Position numbers and translations under genes: made by a program
The notes under the pieces: model-generated
Database searches by the model: none
What the model was told of the DNA's origin: nothing
What the model saw: the letters and a program-made list of their open reading frames with translations, nothing else
Shown: positions 51,002-60,419 of the stretch, one piece after another
How positions within the stretch are numbered: position 1 is the stretch's first letter
Layout of the letters: each line of letters opens with the position of its first letter
Origin: an uncultured Vicinamibacteraceae bacterium
GTDB taxonomy: Bacteria; Acidobacteriota; Vicinamibacteria; Vicinamibacterales; UBA8438
NCBI GenBank assembly: GCA_964646815.1
Contig: CAZYFH010000011.1
Span: 3,428 to 67,427 of the forward strand
Direction of reading: 5' to 3'
Length of the DNA: 64,000 nucleotides

Positions 51002-51934
51002 ATGCGGCCGTTACGCGTTGGAGTGATTGCCTTCGTCGTGCTGGCGCTCTCGGGCGTCGCGCTGGCTATTCGGGCCGACGGTTCACTTGCGGATGGCTGG
51101 CAGGCGATCAGCGCGCGGCTGTTGGGTTCCCCGGAACTGGCGCCGTCACCAGCGACCGGCGCCCTCCACCCCGCCGCGGGTGGCCCTGGTGGCGTACCCG
51201 GCCCAGGGCAACGGGTGCAGCGCGGCTTCGACCCACGTCAATTGCTCGACCGGCGTCGCGGGACACTGCAGAGCCCGGCCGGCCCCCACGAGTTTTATTT
51301 TACCCGCGCCATCTATCGCAGCGGCGGCTGGCGGGGAAATCCATGGGCCACTGACTTTCCGAAGTCCGACCGGCAGTTCATGACGATCGTCAATCGTCTG
51401 ATCGAGATCGATGCCTCCGAGCGGGAGAATGCCATCCGGCTCGACGACCCCGACGTGCGGAAGTACCCGTTTCTCTACGCGCTCGAAGTGGGCGATATCG
51501 CGCTCAGCCCCGCCGAAGTCGAGGGACTCCGCAACTATCTGTTGGCGGGCGGCTTCTTAGTCGTCGATGACTTCTGGGGTTCGTGGCAATGGTCGAACTT
51601 CGAGCGGCAAATCCGGCTCGTCTTTCCCGAGCACCAGATCATCGAGATCCCCCTTGACCATCCTATTTTCAACACTGTCTATAAAATTGATGAGATTCTT
51701 CAGGTCCCGGCGATCAACAACCACTGGCGCGGCCGGACGTGGGAGTATGACGGGTACACGGCACACACCCGCGGCATCTTCGACGAAAAGGGCCGTTTGA
51801 TGGTCATGATCAACTGGAACACCGACCTCGGCGATGCGTGGGAGTGGGCCGAGCGCCCCGAGTACCCGCTCAAGTACTCGACGTTCGCCGTGGAGATGGG
51901 TGTCAACTTCATCGTGTACGCGATGAGCCATTAG
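51002..51934 (+). CDS. DUF4159-domain protein (paralog 2)
   Basis: 310 aa with an N-terminal TM/signal segment, WATDFPKSDRQF, GGFLVVDDFWG and terminal VYAMSH. Confidence 0.8.
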   Translation: MRPLRVGVIAFVVLALSGVALAIRADGSLADGWQAISARLLGSPELAPSPATGALHPAAGGPGGVPGPGQRVQRGFDPRQLLDRRRGTLQSPAGPHEFYFTRAIYRSGGWRGNPWATDFPKSDRQFMTIVNRLIEIDASERENAIRLDDPDVRKYPFLYALEVGDIALSPAEVEGLRNYLLAGGFLVVDDFWGSWQWSNFERQIRLVFPEHQIIEIPLDHPIFNTVYKIDEILQVPAINNHWRGRTWEYDGYTAHTRGIFDEKGRLMVMINWNTDLGDAWEWAERPEYPLKYSTFAVEMGVNFIVYAMSH

Positions 51935-51962
51935 GCAAAGGTGGGCGACTAGGGGCTCGGAA

Positions 51963-51986
51963 ACCCGTAACCCGTAACCCGTAACC
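51963..51986. repeat. tandem heptamer (ACCCGTA)x3 plus ACC
   Basis: Read directly in the 129-nt gap after the stop of DUF4159 paralog 2. Confidence 0.85.
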
Positions 51987-52063
51987 TGGATCCGGGACGC
52001 CGGAGATCTCCCGATGGACCCCGGGTACCGGCACGCTGAAACCCGACCAGATTTTCGAGGCCC

Positions 52064-54343
52064 ATGTTCGACGCGCTCTTCGAGTTTCTCTTCAAGTATC
52101 GCCCTCTGGTCTACGAGCAGGGGGACCTCGCGTTTCGTGCGTCGTGGGCAGGTGCCCTCGCGGTGGCCGCCGCGGTGGTGGCCGGTGCTCTGACGTTGCG
52201 AACATACGCGCAAGTCCGGGGGAACAGCCAACCGCACGATCGCACCGTGCTTACCGTTGTCAGGCTGGCCGCGCTCGCGGTGCTCGCCCTCTGCCTGATG
52301 CAGCCGGTGCTCGTCCTCTCCTCGGTCGTGCCACAGCAGAATTTCCTCGGCGTGCTGCTCGACGACTCGCGCAGCATGCAGATCGCGGACCGCGACGAGA
52401 CAGCGCGGCGGCAATTCGTCGAGGACCATTTCGCGGCAGAGACCGGCGATCTTCGGGCCGCCCTGTCCGATCGCTTTGCCTTGCGGTTCTTCGGTTTCTC
52501 GACGGAAACGGATCGGCTCGACGACATCAGCGAGTTGTCGTACGCCGGCACACGCACGCACCTCGGGCAGGCACTCGAGCGCGCACACGACGAGCTCTCC
52601 GGCGTGCCGCTGTCGGGCCTAGTCGTCGTGACCGACGGCGCCGACAATGCCGACGCCGGCCTTGCCGAGTCGTTGCTCCCGATCCAGGCCGCTGGTATCC
52701 CTGTGTTCACGGTTGGCCTCGGCCGGGAGGAATTCGACCGCGACATCCAGCTCAGCCGTATCGAAACGCCTCGGCGTGTTCTCAAGGGTGCGGCGCTGGT
52801 CATCGACTGCGTCGTCACGCATCGCGGCTACCGAGGTGAGACCGTGACCGTCCAGGTCGAGGACGAGGGCCGCATCGTCGGCACCGAGACTGTCGAGCTT
52901 CCCGGCGACGGCGAGCCCAGGACGGTTCGGATGCGGTTCACCGCTAACGAAGAGGGCCCGCGCTTGTTCAGCTTCCGCGTGTCGCCGCGTCCGGGTGAGA
53001 TGGTCACCCAGAACAACGTGCGGAACGTATTGATCCTCGTTGAAGATCGCAGCGAAAAGATCCTGTACTTCGAGGGCGAGCCGCGGTTCGAGGTGAAGTT
53101 CCTGCGCCGCGCGGTGGCCGACGACGAGAATCTGCACGTCTCGATTCTGCAACGCACGGCGGAGAACAAGTTCATGCGCCTCGACGTCGAGGGCGCAGAT
53201 GATCTCGTCGGCGGCTTTCCGACGACTCGAGCCGAGCTCTTCAGGTACAGCGGACTCGTGCTCGGCAGCATCGAAGCCAGCCACTTCACTCCCGACCAGC
53301 TGCGCATGATTGCCGACTTCGTCAACCACCGTGGCGGCGGGCTGCTCATGCTCGGTAGCCAGCGGTCGTTCGCCGAAGGCGGATACGCGGGAACGCCCGT
53401 CGCCGACGTCCTGCCGGTCGTGCTCGACGGCGACCGTGCCGACGGTGAGGAGGACTTCTTCGTCGAAGTGGCCGTCGAAACGACACGCGCCGGGGCGACC
53501 CATGCCGCCACACAGATCGCGGATACGGAGGAGCTGTCAGTCAATCGCTGGCGCGAGCTGCCGCCGATCACGGTGGTCAACCCGATCACCGACGTCAAGC
53601 CGGGTGCAACGACCCTGTTGACCAGCCCGGATGAAGAGCTGGTGATCCTTGCGTTCCAGCGCTACGGGGCGGGCAAGTCGCTCGCGTTCCCGGTGCAGGA
53701 CTCGTGGATGTGGCAGATGCACGCCGACATCGCCGTCGACGACATGACGCACGAGACGTTCTGGCGACGGCTCCTGCGGTGGCTCGTCGATGGGGTGCCC
53801 GACCAGGTTACGACGGATCTGCCCCAGGACCGCGTCGAGACAGACGAGCCGGTTACCGTGCTGGCGGCGGTCGGCGACGCGAATTTCGAGGAGCTCAACA
53901 ACAGCGCCGTGACAGCCGTGGTGACGCACCCGAACGGCGACTTCACCGATCTCTCGATGGAGTGGACGGCGGAACGGGACGGCGAGTATCGTGCCAGTTT
54001 CACGCCGAGCGAAGAGGGGTTCTACGAGATCCACGTCGAGGCGATGGCCGGTGACGAGGTGATCGGCGAGGATGCGACGTTCGTGCAGGTGGCTCCGAGC
54101 GACGCGGAATTTTACGACTCGACGATGCGAGCGCCGCTCCTGGAGCGGATCGCCGACGATACCGGGGGCCGCTTCTATACGCCCGAGACCGTATCGTCGC
54201 TCCCGGAAGACGTTCAGCATGTCGGGCGCGGTGTGACCGTGGTCGAGGAGCGCGACCTCTGGGACATGCCGGCGCTGATGTTGTTGCTCGCCACGCTCGT
54301 CCTGGGCGAGTGGGGGTACCGGCGTTTCCGAGGGCTCGCATGA
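52064..54343 (+). CDS. membrane-anchored VWA-domain protein with GATase1-like (DUF1355-type) domain
   Basis: 759 aa with N-terminal TM helices, MIDAS-like LLDDSRSMQ, a later ILYFEGEPRFEVKFLRRAV segment, and a C-terminal TM MPALMLLLATLVLGEWGY. Confidence 0.75.
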   Translation: MFDALFEFLFKYRPLVYEQGDLAFRASWAGALAVAAAVVAGALTLRTYAQVRGNSQPHDRTVLTVVRLAALAVLALCLMQPVLVLSSVVPQQNFLGVLLDDSRSMQIADRDETARRQFVEDHFAAETGDLRAALSDRFALRFFGFSTETDRLDDISELSYAGTRTHLGQALERAHDELSGVPLSGLVVVTDGADNADAGLAESLLPIQAAGIPVFTVGLGREEFDRDIQLSRIETPRRVLKGAALVIDCVVTHRGYRGETVTVQVEDEGRIVGTETVELPGDGEPRTVRMRFTANEEGPRLFSFRVSPRPGEMVTQNNVRNVLILVEDRSEKILYFEGEPRFEVKFLRRAVADDENLHVSILQRTAENKFMRLDVEGADDLVGGFPTTRAELFRYSGLVLGSIEASHFTPDQLRMIADFVNHRGGGLLMLGSQRSFAEGGYAGTPVADVLPVVLDGDRADGEEDFFVEVAVETTRAGATHAATQIADTEELSVNRWRELPPITVVNPITDVKPGATTLLTSPDEELVILAFQRYGAGKSLAFPVQDSWMWQMHADIAVDDMTHETFWRRLLRWLVDGVPDQVTTDLPQDRVETDEPVTVLAAVGDANFEELNNSAVTAVVTHPNGDFTDLSMEWTAERDGEYRASFTPSEEGFYEIHVEAMAGDEVIGEDATFVQVAPSDAEFYDSTMRAPLLERIADDTGGRFYTPETVSSLPEDVQHVGRGVTVVEERDLWDMPALMLLLATLVLGEWGYRRFRGLA

Positions 54344-55365
54344 CCGCCATCCGCTTCTTGTTGGCCACGGTGTGGCTGATTGGACTGCCCGCCAGCGCCG
54401 GCGCCCAGCAGCAGACCTACCTGCTGGTCGTCACCGGACTCGGCGGCGATCCAGCCTACACGGAGCAATTTCACACGTGGGCGACGACATTGATTGATGC
54501 GGCCGCGACGCGCTACGGGGTTCCCGCCGACAACATCACCTATCTTGGCGAGGACCCGGATCTCGACCCGGTGACGGTTGCCGACCGATCGACACGCGAG
54601 AACGTTGGCGCCGCAGTCGGGGAGATCGCCGCGCGTGTTGCGCCCGCAGACCAGATCGTCATCGTGATCTTCGGACACGGCAGCTTCACGGATACCGCGC
54701 GCGTCAATCTGCCGGGGCGTGATCTGTCGGCCGATGACTTCGCCGAGCTGCTCGAACCGCTGCGCGGCCAGCGTGTCACCTTTATCAACACAGCGAGTGC
54801 GAGCGGACCCTTCGTCGAAAAACTCTCGGGAACGGATCGCACGGTGGTCACTGCCACGCGGACCGGTGGCGAGCGTAACGCGTCGATCTTCGGCGGCTAC
54901 TTCGTAGAAGCGTTCGCCGAGGGCGAAGACGACGCCGATGCTAATAAGGACCGGCGCGTGTCGGTGCTCGAGGCGTTCACCTACGCGCGGCTCAAGGTCA
55001 AGCAGGCCTATGAGGCGGATGGGAAGCTACTCACCGAGCACGCGTTGCTCGACGACAATGGGGACGGCGAGGGGACGGCGGAACCCGATCCGTTGTCCGG
55101 CGACGGGATGATTGCGCGCACGCTCTTCTTGACGTCGGGCGAGCCGACGCTCGCCGAGATGGCGTTCCCGGACGACCCTGAGCTTCGCCCGCTCTACGAC
55201 GACCGCGCGTCGCTCGAGGAGCGCGTCGAGGCCTTGCGGGTCCTGAAGGACGGGACCGATCCAGAGCGCTACGAGCAGGAGCTTGAGACCCTGCTCGTCG
55301 CACTGGCGCTGAAGAGCCGTGAGATCCGGCAGCTCGAAGAGGTGAGGGGCGAGGCTCCCCGGTAA
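54340..55365 (+). CDS. secreted legumain/caspase-fold (clan CD, C13-like) protein with Ser at the expected catalytic Cys
   Basis: It has a signal peptide. QIVIVIFGHGSF is the His block and RVTFINTASASGPF sits where C13 peptidases have ...EACESGS. The start forms an ATGA overlap with the upstream gene. Confidence 0.55.
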   Translation: MTAIRFLLATVWLIGLPASAGAQQQTYLLVVTGLGGDPAYTEQFHTWATTLIDAAATRYGVPADNITYLGEDPDLDPVTVADRSTRENVGAAVGEIAARVAPADQIVIVIFGHGSFTDTARVNLPGRDLSADDFAELLEPLRGQRVTFINTASASGPFVEKLSGTDRTVVTATRTGGERNASIFGGYFVEAFAEGEDDADANKDRRVSVLEAFTYARLKVKQAYEADGKLLTEHALLDDNGDGEGTAEPDPLSGDGMIARTLFLTSGEPTLAEMAFPDDPELRPLYDDRASLEERVEALRVLKDGTDPERYEQELETLLVALALKSREIRQLEEVRGEAPR

Positions 55366-55368
55366 CCC

Positions 55369-56157
55369 ATGCCGTTTGGGACGATCCTCACGCAGACGCG
55401 GCGCCGATGGACTGGTGGGCTGATCGCTGGCGTGCTGGCAGTGGTCACGCTCGCATGGTCGGCCGGACCGGCGTCTGCGGACGTGGCGCCAGGGAACGTG
55501 GCCTACGAGGGGAGGCTCGTGTTCGTCCGGCTCCGCTACGACATGGCACGGAGCCTGGCGGGCGGGTTCTTCCGTCAGGACGTCAAGTGGGCGCACGACT
55601 ACCCACGAGCCGAACGCAACCTGACGAAGATTCTCGAGGCGGTGACCAACGTGAACCCGTTCCAAGGGCCGAACGGCGGCAACGTCCTCGCCCTCGACGA
55701 CCCGGAGCTCCACAAGTTTCCGTTCGCATACATGTCGGAGCCGGGCTTTTGGTTTCCGACCGATGCCGAGGTTGTCGGGCTCCGCAACTATATGCTCAAG
55801 GGCGGGTTCGTCATTTTCGACGACTTCTGGGGCAACCACTGGCGCAACTTCGAGGCGCAGCTCCAGCGCGTGCTGCCCGATGCGCGGCCGCTTCCCATGG
55901 AGCTGACCCATCCGGTCTTCCAGTCGTTCTTCGAGATCGAGACGCTGGAGATGCCGGGCCCGTACGGCCCGCCGGTGGAGTTCTGGGGAGTCTTCGAGGA
56001 TAACGATCCGGCGGGGCGTCTCATGGCGATCGTGAACTTCAACAACGACATCGGGGAGTACTGGGAGTTCTCGGATTCGGGCTGGTACCCGATCGACTTG
56101 ACGAACGAGGCATACAAGTTCGGCGTGAACTACGTGGTGTATGCGTTGACGCACTAA
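55369..56157 (+). CDS. DUF4159-domain protein (paralog 3)
   Basis: 262 aa with WAHDYPRAERNL, GGFVIFDDFWG and terminal VYALTH. It starts 3 nt after the upstream stop. Confidence 0.85.
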   Translation: MPFGTILTQTRRRWTGGLIAGVLAVVTLAWSAGPASADVAPGNVAYEGRLVFVRLRYDMARSLAGGFFRQDVKWAHDYPRAERNLTKILEAVTNVNPFQGPNGGNVLALDDPELHKFPFAYMSEPGFWFPTDAEVVGLRNYMLKGGFVIFDDFWGNHWRNFEAQLQRVLPDARPLPMELTHPVFQSFFEIETLEMPGPYGPPVEFWGVFEDNDPAGRLMAIVNFNNDIGEYWEFSDSGWYPIDLTNEAYKFGVNYVVYALTH

Positions 56158-56167
56158 CCCCATTCGT

Positions 56168-56237
56168 GGGGTTCATGGTTCAAGGTTCCCGGTTCGGATC
56201 GGTTCGCCCTTCCTCAGGACCTGGAACCCTGAACCCC
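56168..56237. repeat. 18-bp imperfect inverted repeat built from GGTTC/GAACC units
   Basis: GGGGTTCATGGTTCAAGG (56168-56185) pairs with CCTGGAACCCTGAACCCC (56220-56237) at 16 of 18 positions, with a 34-nt loop containing GGTTCCCGGTTCG. Confidence 0.7.
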
Positions 56238-56256
56238 GAACATAGGGAGCTTTCCT

Positions 56257-57315
56257 TTGGACCTTGACATCCCCGACACCCAGACTGACACGCAACCCAC
56301 CGACCTCGACTCGGCGGATGATGTCGCGTTGGCCGACCGGCTCAAGGCTGGCCGGGAGCAAATCCTGAGCGAACTGCACAAGCTGATCATCGGGCAGGAC
56401 GAGACGATCAACCAAGCGCTCCTAACGCTCTTCGTCGGTGGCAACAGCCTGATCGTGGGCGTGCCGGGGCTGGCGAAGACGCTGCTCATCCAGACGATGG
56501 CGCGGGTGCTGGATCTGAAGTTCGCGCGGATTCAGTTCACCCCCGATCTGATGCCGTCCGACATCACCGGCACCGACATCATCCAAGAGGATCCGGGGAC
56601 TGGCGGCCGAAAGATGGAGTTCGCGGCGGGGCCCGTCTTCACGAATATTCTGCTTGCGGACGAGATCAACAGGACGCCACCGAAGACGCAATCGGCCCTA
56701 CTCGAAGCAATGCAGGAACACCGGGTCACGGTCCAGGGGCGCACGTATACGCTCGAGGAGCCGTTCTTCGTCTTCGCGACCCAGAATCCCATCGAGCTCG
56801 AGGGTACCTATCCGCTGCCGGAGGCTCAGCTCGACCGGTTCATGTTCCACATCATCATCGAGCACCCGCCGGTCGAGGAAGAGTTGGAGGTCGTTCGCAC
56901 GACGACCGCCAACCTGAACCCGCAGTTCCAGCACGCCGTGACTGGCGCCGACTTGATCGCGTTTCAGCGGTTGGTCCGCAAAGTCCCGGTCGCCGAATCG
57001 GTGTATCGCTACGCGCTTGACCTCGTCCGGACGAGCCGGCGGCGGTCGCCGAACGCGCCGGAGTTCATCAAGAAGTGGGTCTCCTATGGCGCCAGCGTCC
57101 GCGCCGCCCAGTATCTGATCCTCGGGGGCAAGGCGCGCGCGGTGACCCAGGGCCGATACCATGTGAGCTTCGACGACATACGCGCGCTGGCCCATCCCGT
57201 CCTGCGGCACCGGGTGTTGCTCAATTTTCACGCGGAGTCCGAGGGGCGGACGTCGGACGAGCTGATCGACGAATTGCTTGAGGCCGTGCCCGAGCCGCAT
57301 TCCCAAATGCAATGA
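56257..57315 (+). CDS. MoxR-family AAA+ ATPase
   Basis: Walker A GVPGLAKT, Walker B LLADEINRTPPKTQSALLEAMQE, and a typical length of about 350 aa. Confidence 0.95.
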   Translation: MDLDIPDTQTDTQPTDLDSADDVALADRLKAGREQILSELHKLIIGQDETINQALLTLFVGGNSLIVGVPGLAKTLLIQTMARVLDLKFARIQFTPDLMPSDITGTDIIQEDPGTGGRKMEFAAGPVFTNILLADEINRTPPKTQSALLEAMQEHRVTVQGRTYTLEEPFFVFATQNPIELEGTYPLPEAQLDRFMFHIIIEHPPVEEELEVVRTTTANLNPQFQHAVTGADLIAFQRLVRKVPVAESVYRYALDLVRTSRRRSPNAPEFIKKWVSYGASVRAAQYLILGGKARAVTQGRYHVSFDDIRALAHPVLRHRVLLNFHAESEGRTSDELIDELLEAVPEPHSQMQ

Positions 57316-58229
57316 GCGACACGACGCAGTTCACGCCGGCGGGCGCGCGGTTCCTGGACCCCACGGTCCTCTCGCGCATCGGCACGCTCAACCTGCTGGC
57401 GCGGATCGTCGTGGACGGATTCATCAACGGCCTGCACAAGGCACCCTATCTCGGCGTATCGATTGATTTCGCCGAGCACCGGATGTATACCCCCGGGGAC
57501 GACATTCGCTTCTTGGATTGGCGTGTGTTTGCCCGCACCGATCGCTACTATGTCAAGACGTTCGAGGCCGACACCAACTGCAATCTCTCGGTGCTCCTCG
57601 ACGTCTCTCGCTCGATGAGCTTTGGGAGCAAGGGCATTACCAAGCTCGACTACGGGCGCTTCCTTGCGGCGTGCCTCTGCCACTTCTCGACGCAACAACG
57701 CGATCGCGTCGGACTAGTGACGTTCGACAGCGAGGTCGTGGAACGCGTGCCGCCGTCGGCGAAACACCTCGAGGTGGTCCTGCACACGCTCGATCAGGTC
57801 GAGGCCGGTCGACCGGGGAATCTCGCCCGTCCGATGTTCCAGATGACGGAGTTCTTCAAGCGCCGCGGTATTCTCGCCGTGATCTCAGATTTCTATGAAG
57901 AACCCGAGAGCGTCATCGACGCGATCAAACCCCTCCGCTACGGCGGAAACGACGTCATCGTGTTTCACATTCTCGACCCGGCCGAGATCGAGTTTCCGTA
58001 TAACGACGCGACAAGCTTTCAGGACCTTGAGACCGGCCGCAAGATGCCGGTAGTGCCCGAGAAGCTCCGCGAGCAGTACCGCGCCCTCGTGCAAGAGCAC
58101 ATCGCGACGATCTCGAAGCTCTGCACGCAAAACCGTATTGACTACGCGCTGTTCAACACCGCCACGCCGCTGGACCACGCGCTGTTCAAGTACCTGGCGA
58201 CGCGGCATAAGTTGACACGGACACGCTGA
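57312..58229 (+). CDS. DUF58-domain protein (VWA-like, MoxR partner)
   Basis: EHRMYTPGDDIRFLDWRVFARTDRYYVKTFE is the hallmark DUF58 motif. The start overlaps the MoxR stop by 4 nt. Confidence 0.9.
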   Translation: MSDTTQFTPAGARFLDPTVLSRIGTLNLLARIVVDGFINGLHKAPYLGVSIDFAEHRMYTPGDDIRFLDWRVFARTDRYYVKTFEADTNCNLSVLLDVSRSMSFGSKGITKLDYGRFLAACLCHFSTQQRDRVGLVTFDSEVVERVPPSAKHLEVVLHTLDQVEAGRPGNLARPMFQMTEFFKRRGILAVISDFYEEPESVIDAIKPLRYGGNDVIVFHILDPAEIEFPYNDATSFQDLETGRKMPVVPEKLREQYRALVQEHIATISKLCTQNRIDYALFNTATPLDHALFKYLATRHKLTRTR

Positions 58230-60307
58230 TGGGACTTTTGGCTCCGCTGTTCTTGCTCGGTTTGGCCGCGATCGCCGTCCCGGTCATCATTCACATGATT
58301 CAACGCGAGCGGAAGGAGGTCGTCGAGTTCCCCTCGCTGATGTTCGTGCGTAAGATCCCTTTCCACTCGTTTCGTCGTCAGCGGATTCGCCACTGGTTCT
58401 TACTGCTGCTGCGGTGTGCCGCGTTGGCGTTGCTCGTGCTTGCCTTCGCTCGACCCTTCTTTCATGCTGCGGCGCTGGCGGCCGTGACCGATGGCGCGCG
58501 GGAGGTGGTCATCCTCCTGGATCGCTCCTACAGTATGGGATACGCCGACCGATGGGACCGCGCCAAGGACGCGGCGAGGGAGGCGATCGACGGCCTCGCC
58601 GCGGACGACCGAGCGACCCTGATCTTTTTCGACAGTGGCGCTGAGGCGGGCCCGCGGTCGACAACCGATCGGGCGAGCTTGACCGGGCTGGTCAACGACG
58701 CGGAGCTCGGGGCCGGTGTGACGCGCTACGGGCCCGCGCTGAAGCTGGCGGAGGGGATCTTCGAGGGATCGGATCTCCCGCGACTCGAGGCAGTGCTGAT
58801 CACCGATTTCCAGCGTGTGGGAGTCGAAAGCGCGTCGGGGGTCCGATTTCCCAACGGCACGGCACTCACACCCATCGCGGTCGGCGGAGGGGATGAGGCG
58901 GAGGCCAACGTGAGTGTGGCCGGGGTGCTGTTCAAGCGCGAGTACTTTTCGGGACGCGAGCGGGTCGTGGTCGCAGCGCGCCTGACGAACCGTGGTGCGG
59001 CGCCTATCACCGGGCTCGACGTGGCGCTCGAAATGGACGGTCGCGAGGTCGAGACGCTGACCGCCGATATCCCGCCGCACGGCTCTACGACAGTCGACTT
59101 CGCCGCGGTCACGCTCGGGGATGCGCCGATGGCCGGCGCGGTTCGGACGGCGGCGGATGCCCTCCCGACCGACGACGTCTTCAACTTCGTCGTCTCCCCG
59201 GGGCAGGTGGTCACTGTCCTGGTGGTCGGTAGCGGCCGCGCTTCAGCCGAGGCCAACCTCTATCTCACGCGGGCGCTCGGAATTGGGTCCGCCCCCGCCT
59301 TCGATGTGCGCACGACGACGAGCGGCGGCTTCGGTGCGCCCGATCTCGAGGGCCGCCAGGTCGTCATCCTGAACGATGCGCCCGCACCGTCCGGGCAGGC
59401 AGGCCGCGCCCTCGAAGCGTTCGTCGAAGGCGGCGGGGGGTTGCTCGTGGTCGCCGGCGAGCGGAGCACGTGGCCGGCCGACGGTCCCGACCTGCTCCCC
59501 GGCGCCGTCGGTAGCCCGGCTGACCGCGCCGGGCGAGGTGGTGCCATCGGTTTCGTCGACTACTCGCACCCGGTCTTCGAGGTGTTCGCCGCTCCGCGCA
59601 GCGGCGACGTCACGACCGCGCGCTTTTTCCGCTACCGGCCGGTGGAGCCGGGGCCAGGGGCGGCCGTCCTCGCCCGCTTTGACGATGGCAGCCCGGCCCT
59701 CGCCGAGCGGCGCGTCGGCTCCGGCGCCGTATTGTTCTGGGCCTCGTCCATCGATAGCTACTGGAACGATCTCGCGAAGAAGCCCGTCTATCTGCCGTTC
59801 GTACACCGACTCACCGAGTACCTTGGCAACTACACGCCGCCAACGCCGTGGTTTTCCGCCGGGCAAGTGCTGAATCTCGCCCAGCAGGAGGTGGCGCTCG
59901 GCACCGGTGGTCTGGCCGCTGCGGAGTACGTGGTGATGTCGCCGTCCGGCTCGCGCATCCCGGTCGATGTCGGCGAGCGCGCCGGGTTCATCGATCTCGA
60001 CGAGCAGGGGTTCTACGAAGTACACGATGCCAATGCAGCCGAGACGGATCTCCTCACGCTGGCCGTCAATGTCGACCTGGCCGAGTCGGATCTCAGCGCG
60101 GTCGACCCGGAGGAGCTGTCGAGTGCTGTGACCGGCCGCGTCGGGGGCGAACGCGCGGATGCGGCGCCCCCACGCGAGGTTGGCTCCTCGGATCTCGAGC
60201 GACGGCAGGCCATCTGGTGGTACTTACTTGTCGCCGCGCTCCTTTTCTTTGTCGCGGAAACGGTGGTCTCGAACCGGCTGTCACGCACGGTGTTGAGCGC
60301 GGAGTGA
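58229..60307 (+). CDS. BatA-N-terminal-domain / VWA-domain membrane protein
   Basis: MGLLAPLFLLGLAAIAVPVIIHMIQRERKEVVEFPSLMF is the aerotolerance-regulator N-terminal domain. It also has the MIDAS motif ILLDRSYSM and a C-terminal TM. The start overlaps the DUF58 stop by 1 nt. Confidence 0.85.
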   Translation: MGLLAPLFLLGLAAIAVPVIIHMIQRERKEVVEFPSLMFVRKIPFHSFRRQRIRHWFLLLLRCAALALLVLAFARPFFHAAALAAVTDGAREVVILLDRSYSMGYADRWDRAKDAAREAIDGLAADDRATLIFFDSGAEAGPRSTTDRASLTGLVNDAELGAGVTRYGPALKLAEGIFEGSDLPRLEAVLITDFQRVGVESASGVRFPNGTALTPIAVGGGDEAEANVSVAGVLFKREYFSGRERVVVAARLTNRGAAPITGLDVALEMDGREVETLTADIPPHGSTTVDFAAVTLGDAPMAGAVRTAADALPTDDVFNFVVSPGQVVTVLVVGSGRASAEANLYLTRALGIGSAPAFDVRTTTSGGFGAPDLEGRQVVILNDAPAPSGQAGRALEAFVEGGGGLLVVAGERSTWPADGPDLLPGAVGSPADRAGRGGAIGFVDYSHPVFEVFAAPRSGDVTTARFFRYRPVEPGPGAAVLARFDDGSPALAERRVGSGAVLFWASSIDSYWNDLAKKPVYLPFVHRLTEYLGNYTPPTPWFSAGQVLNLAQQEVALGTGGLAAAEYVVMSPSGSRIPVDVGERAGFIDLDEQGFYEVHDANAAETDLLTLAVNVDLAESDLSAVDPEELSSAVTGRVGGERADAAPPREVGSSDLERRQAIWWYLLVAALLFFVAETVVSNRLSRTVLSAE

Positions 60308-60419
60308 GGGTGAGGTCGCCTGAGCGCTCCACGACCAGGATCCAGGGTCTCCGGCGTCGAGGTTAGACCATCGCGTCGGGCGTGTAAGATGAGGTTCGCG
60401 AAATGATGAGGCTGAGCTG

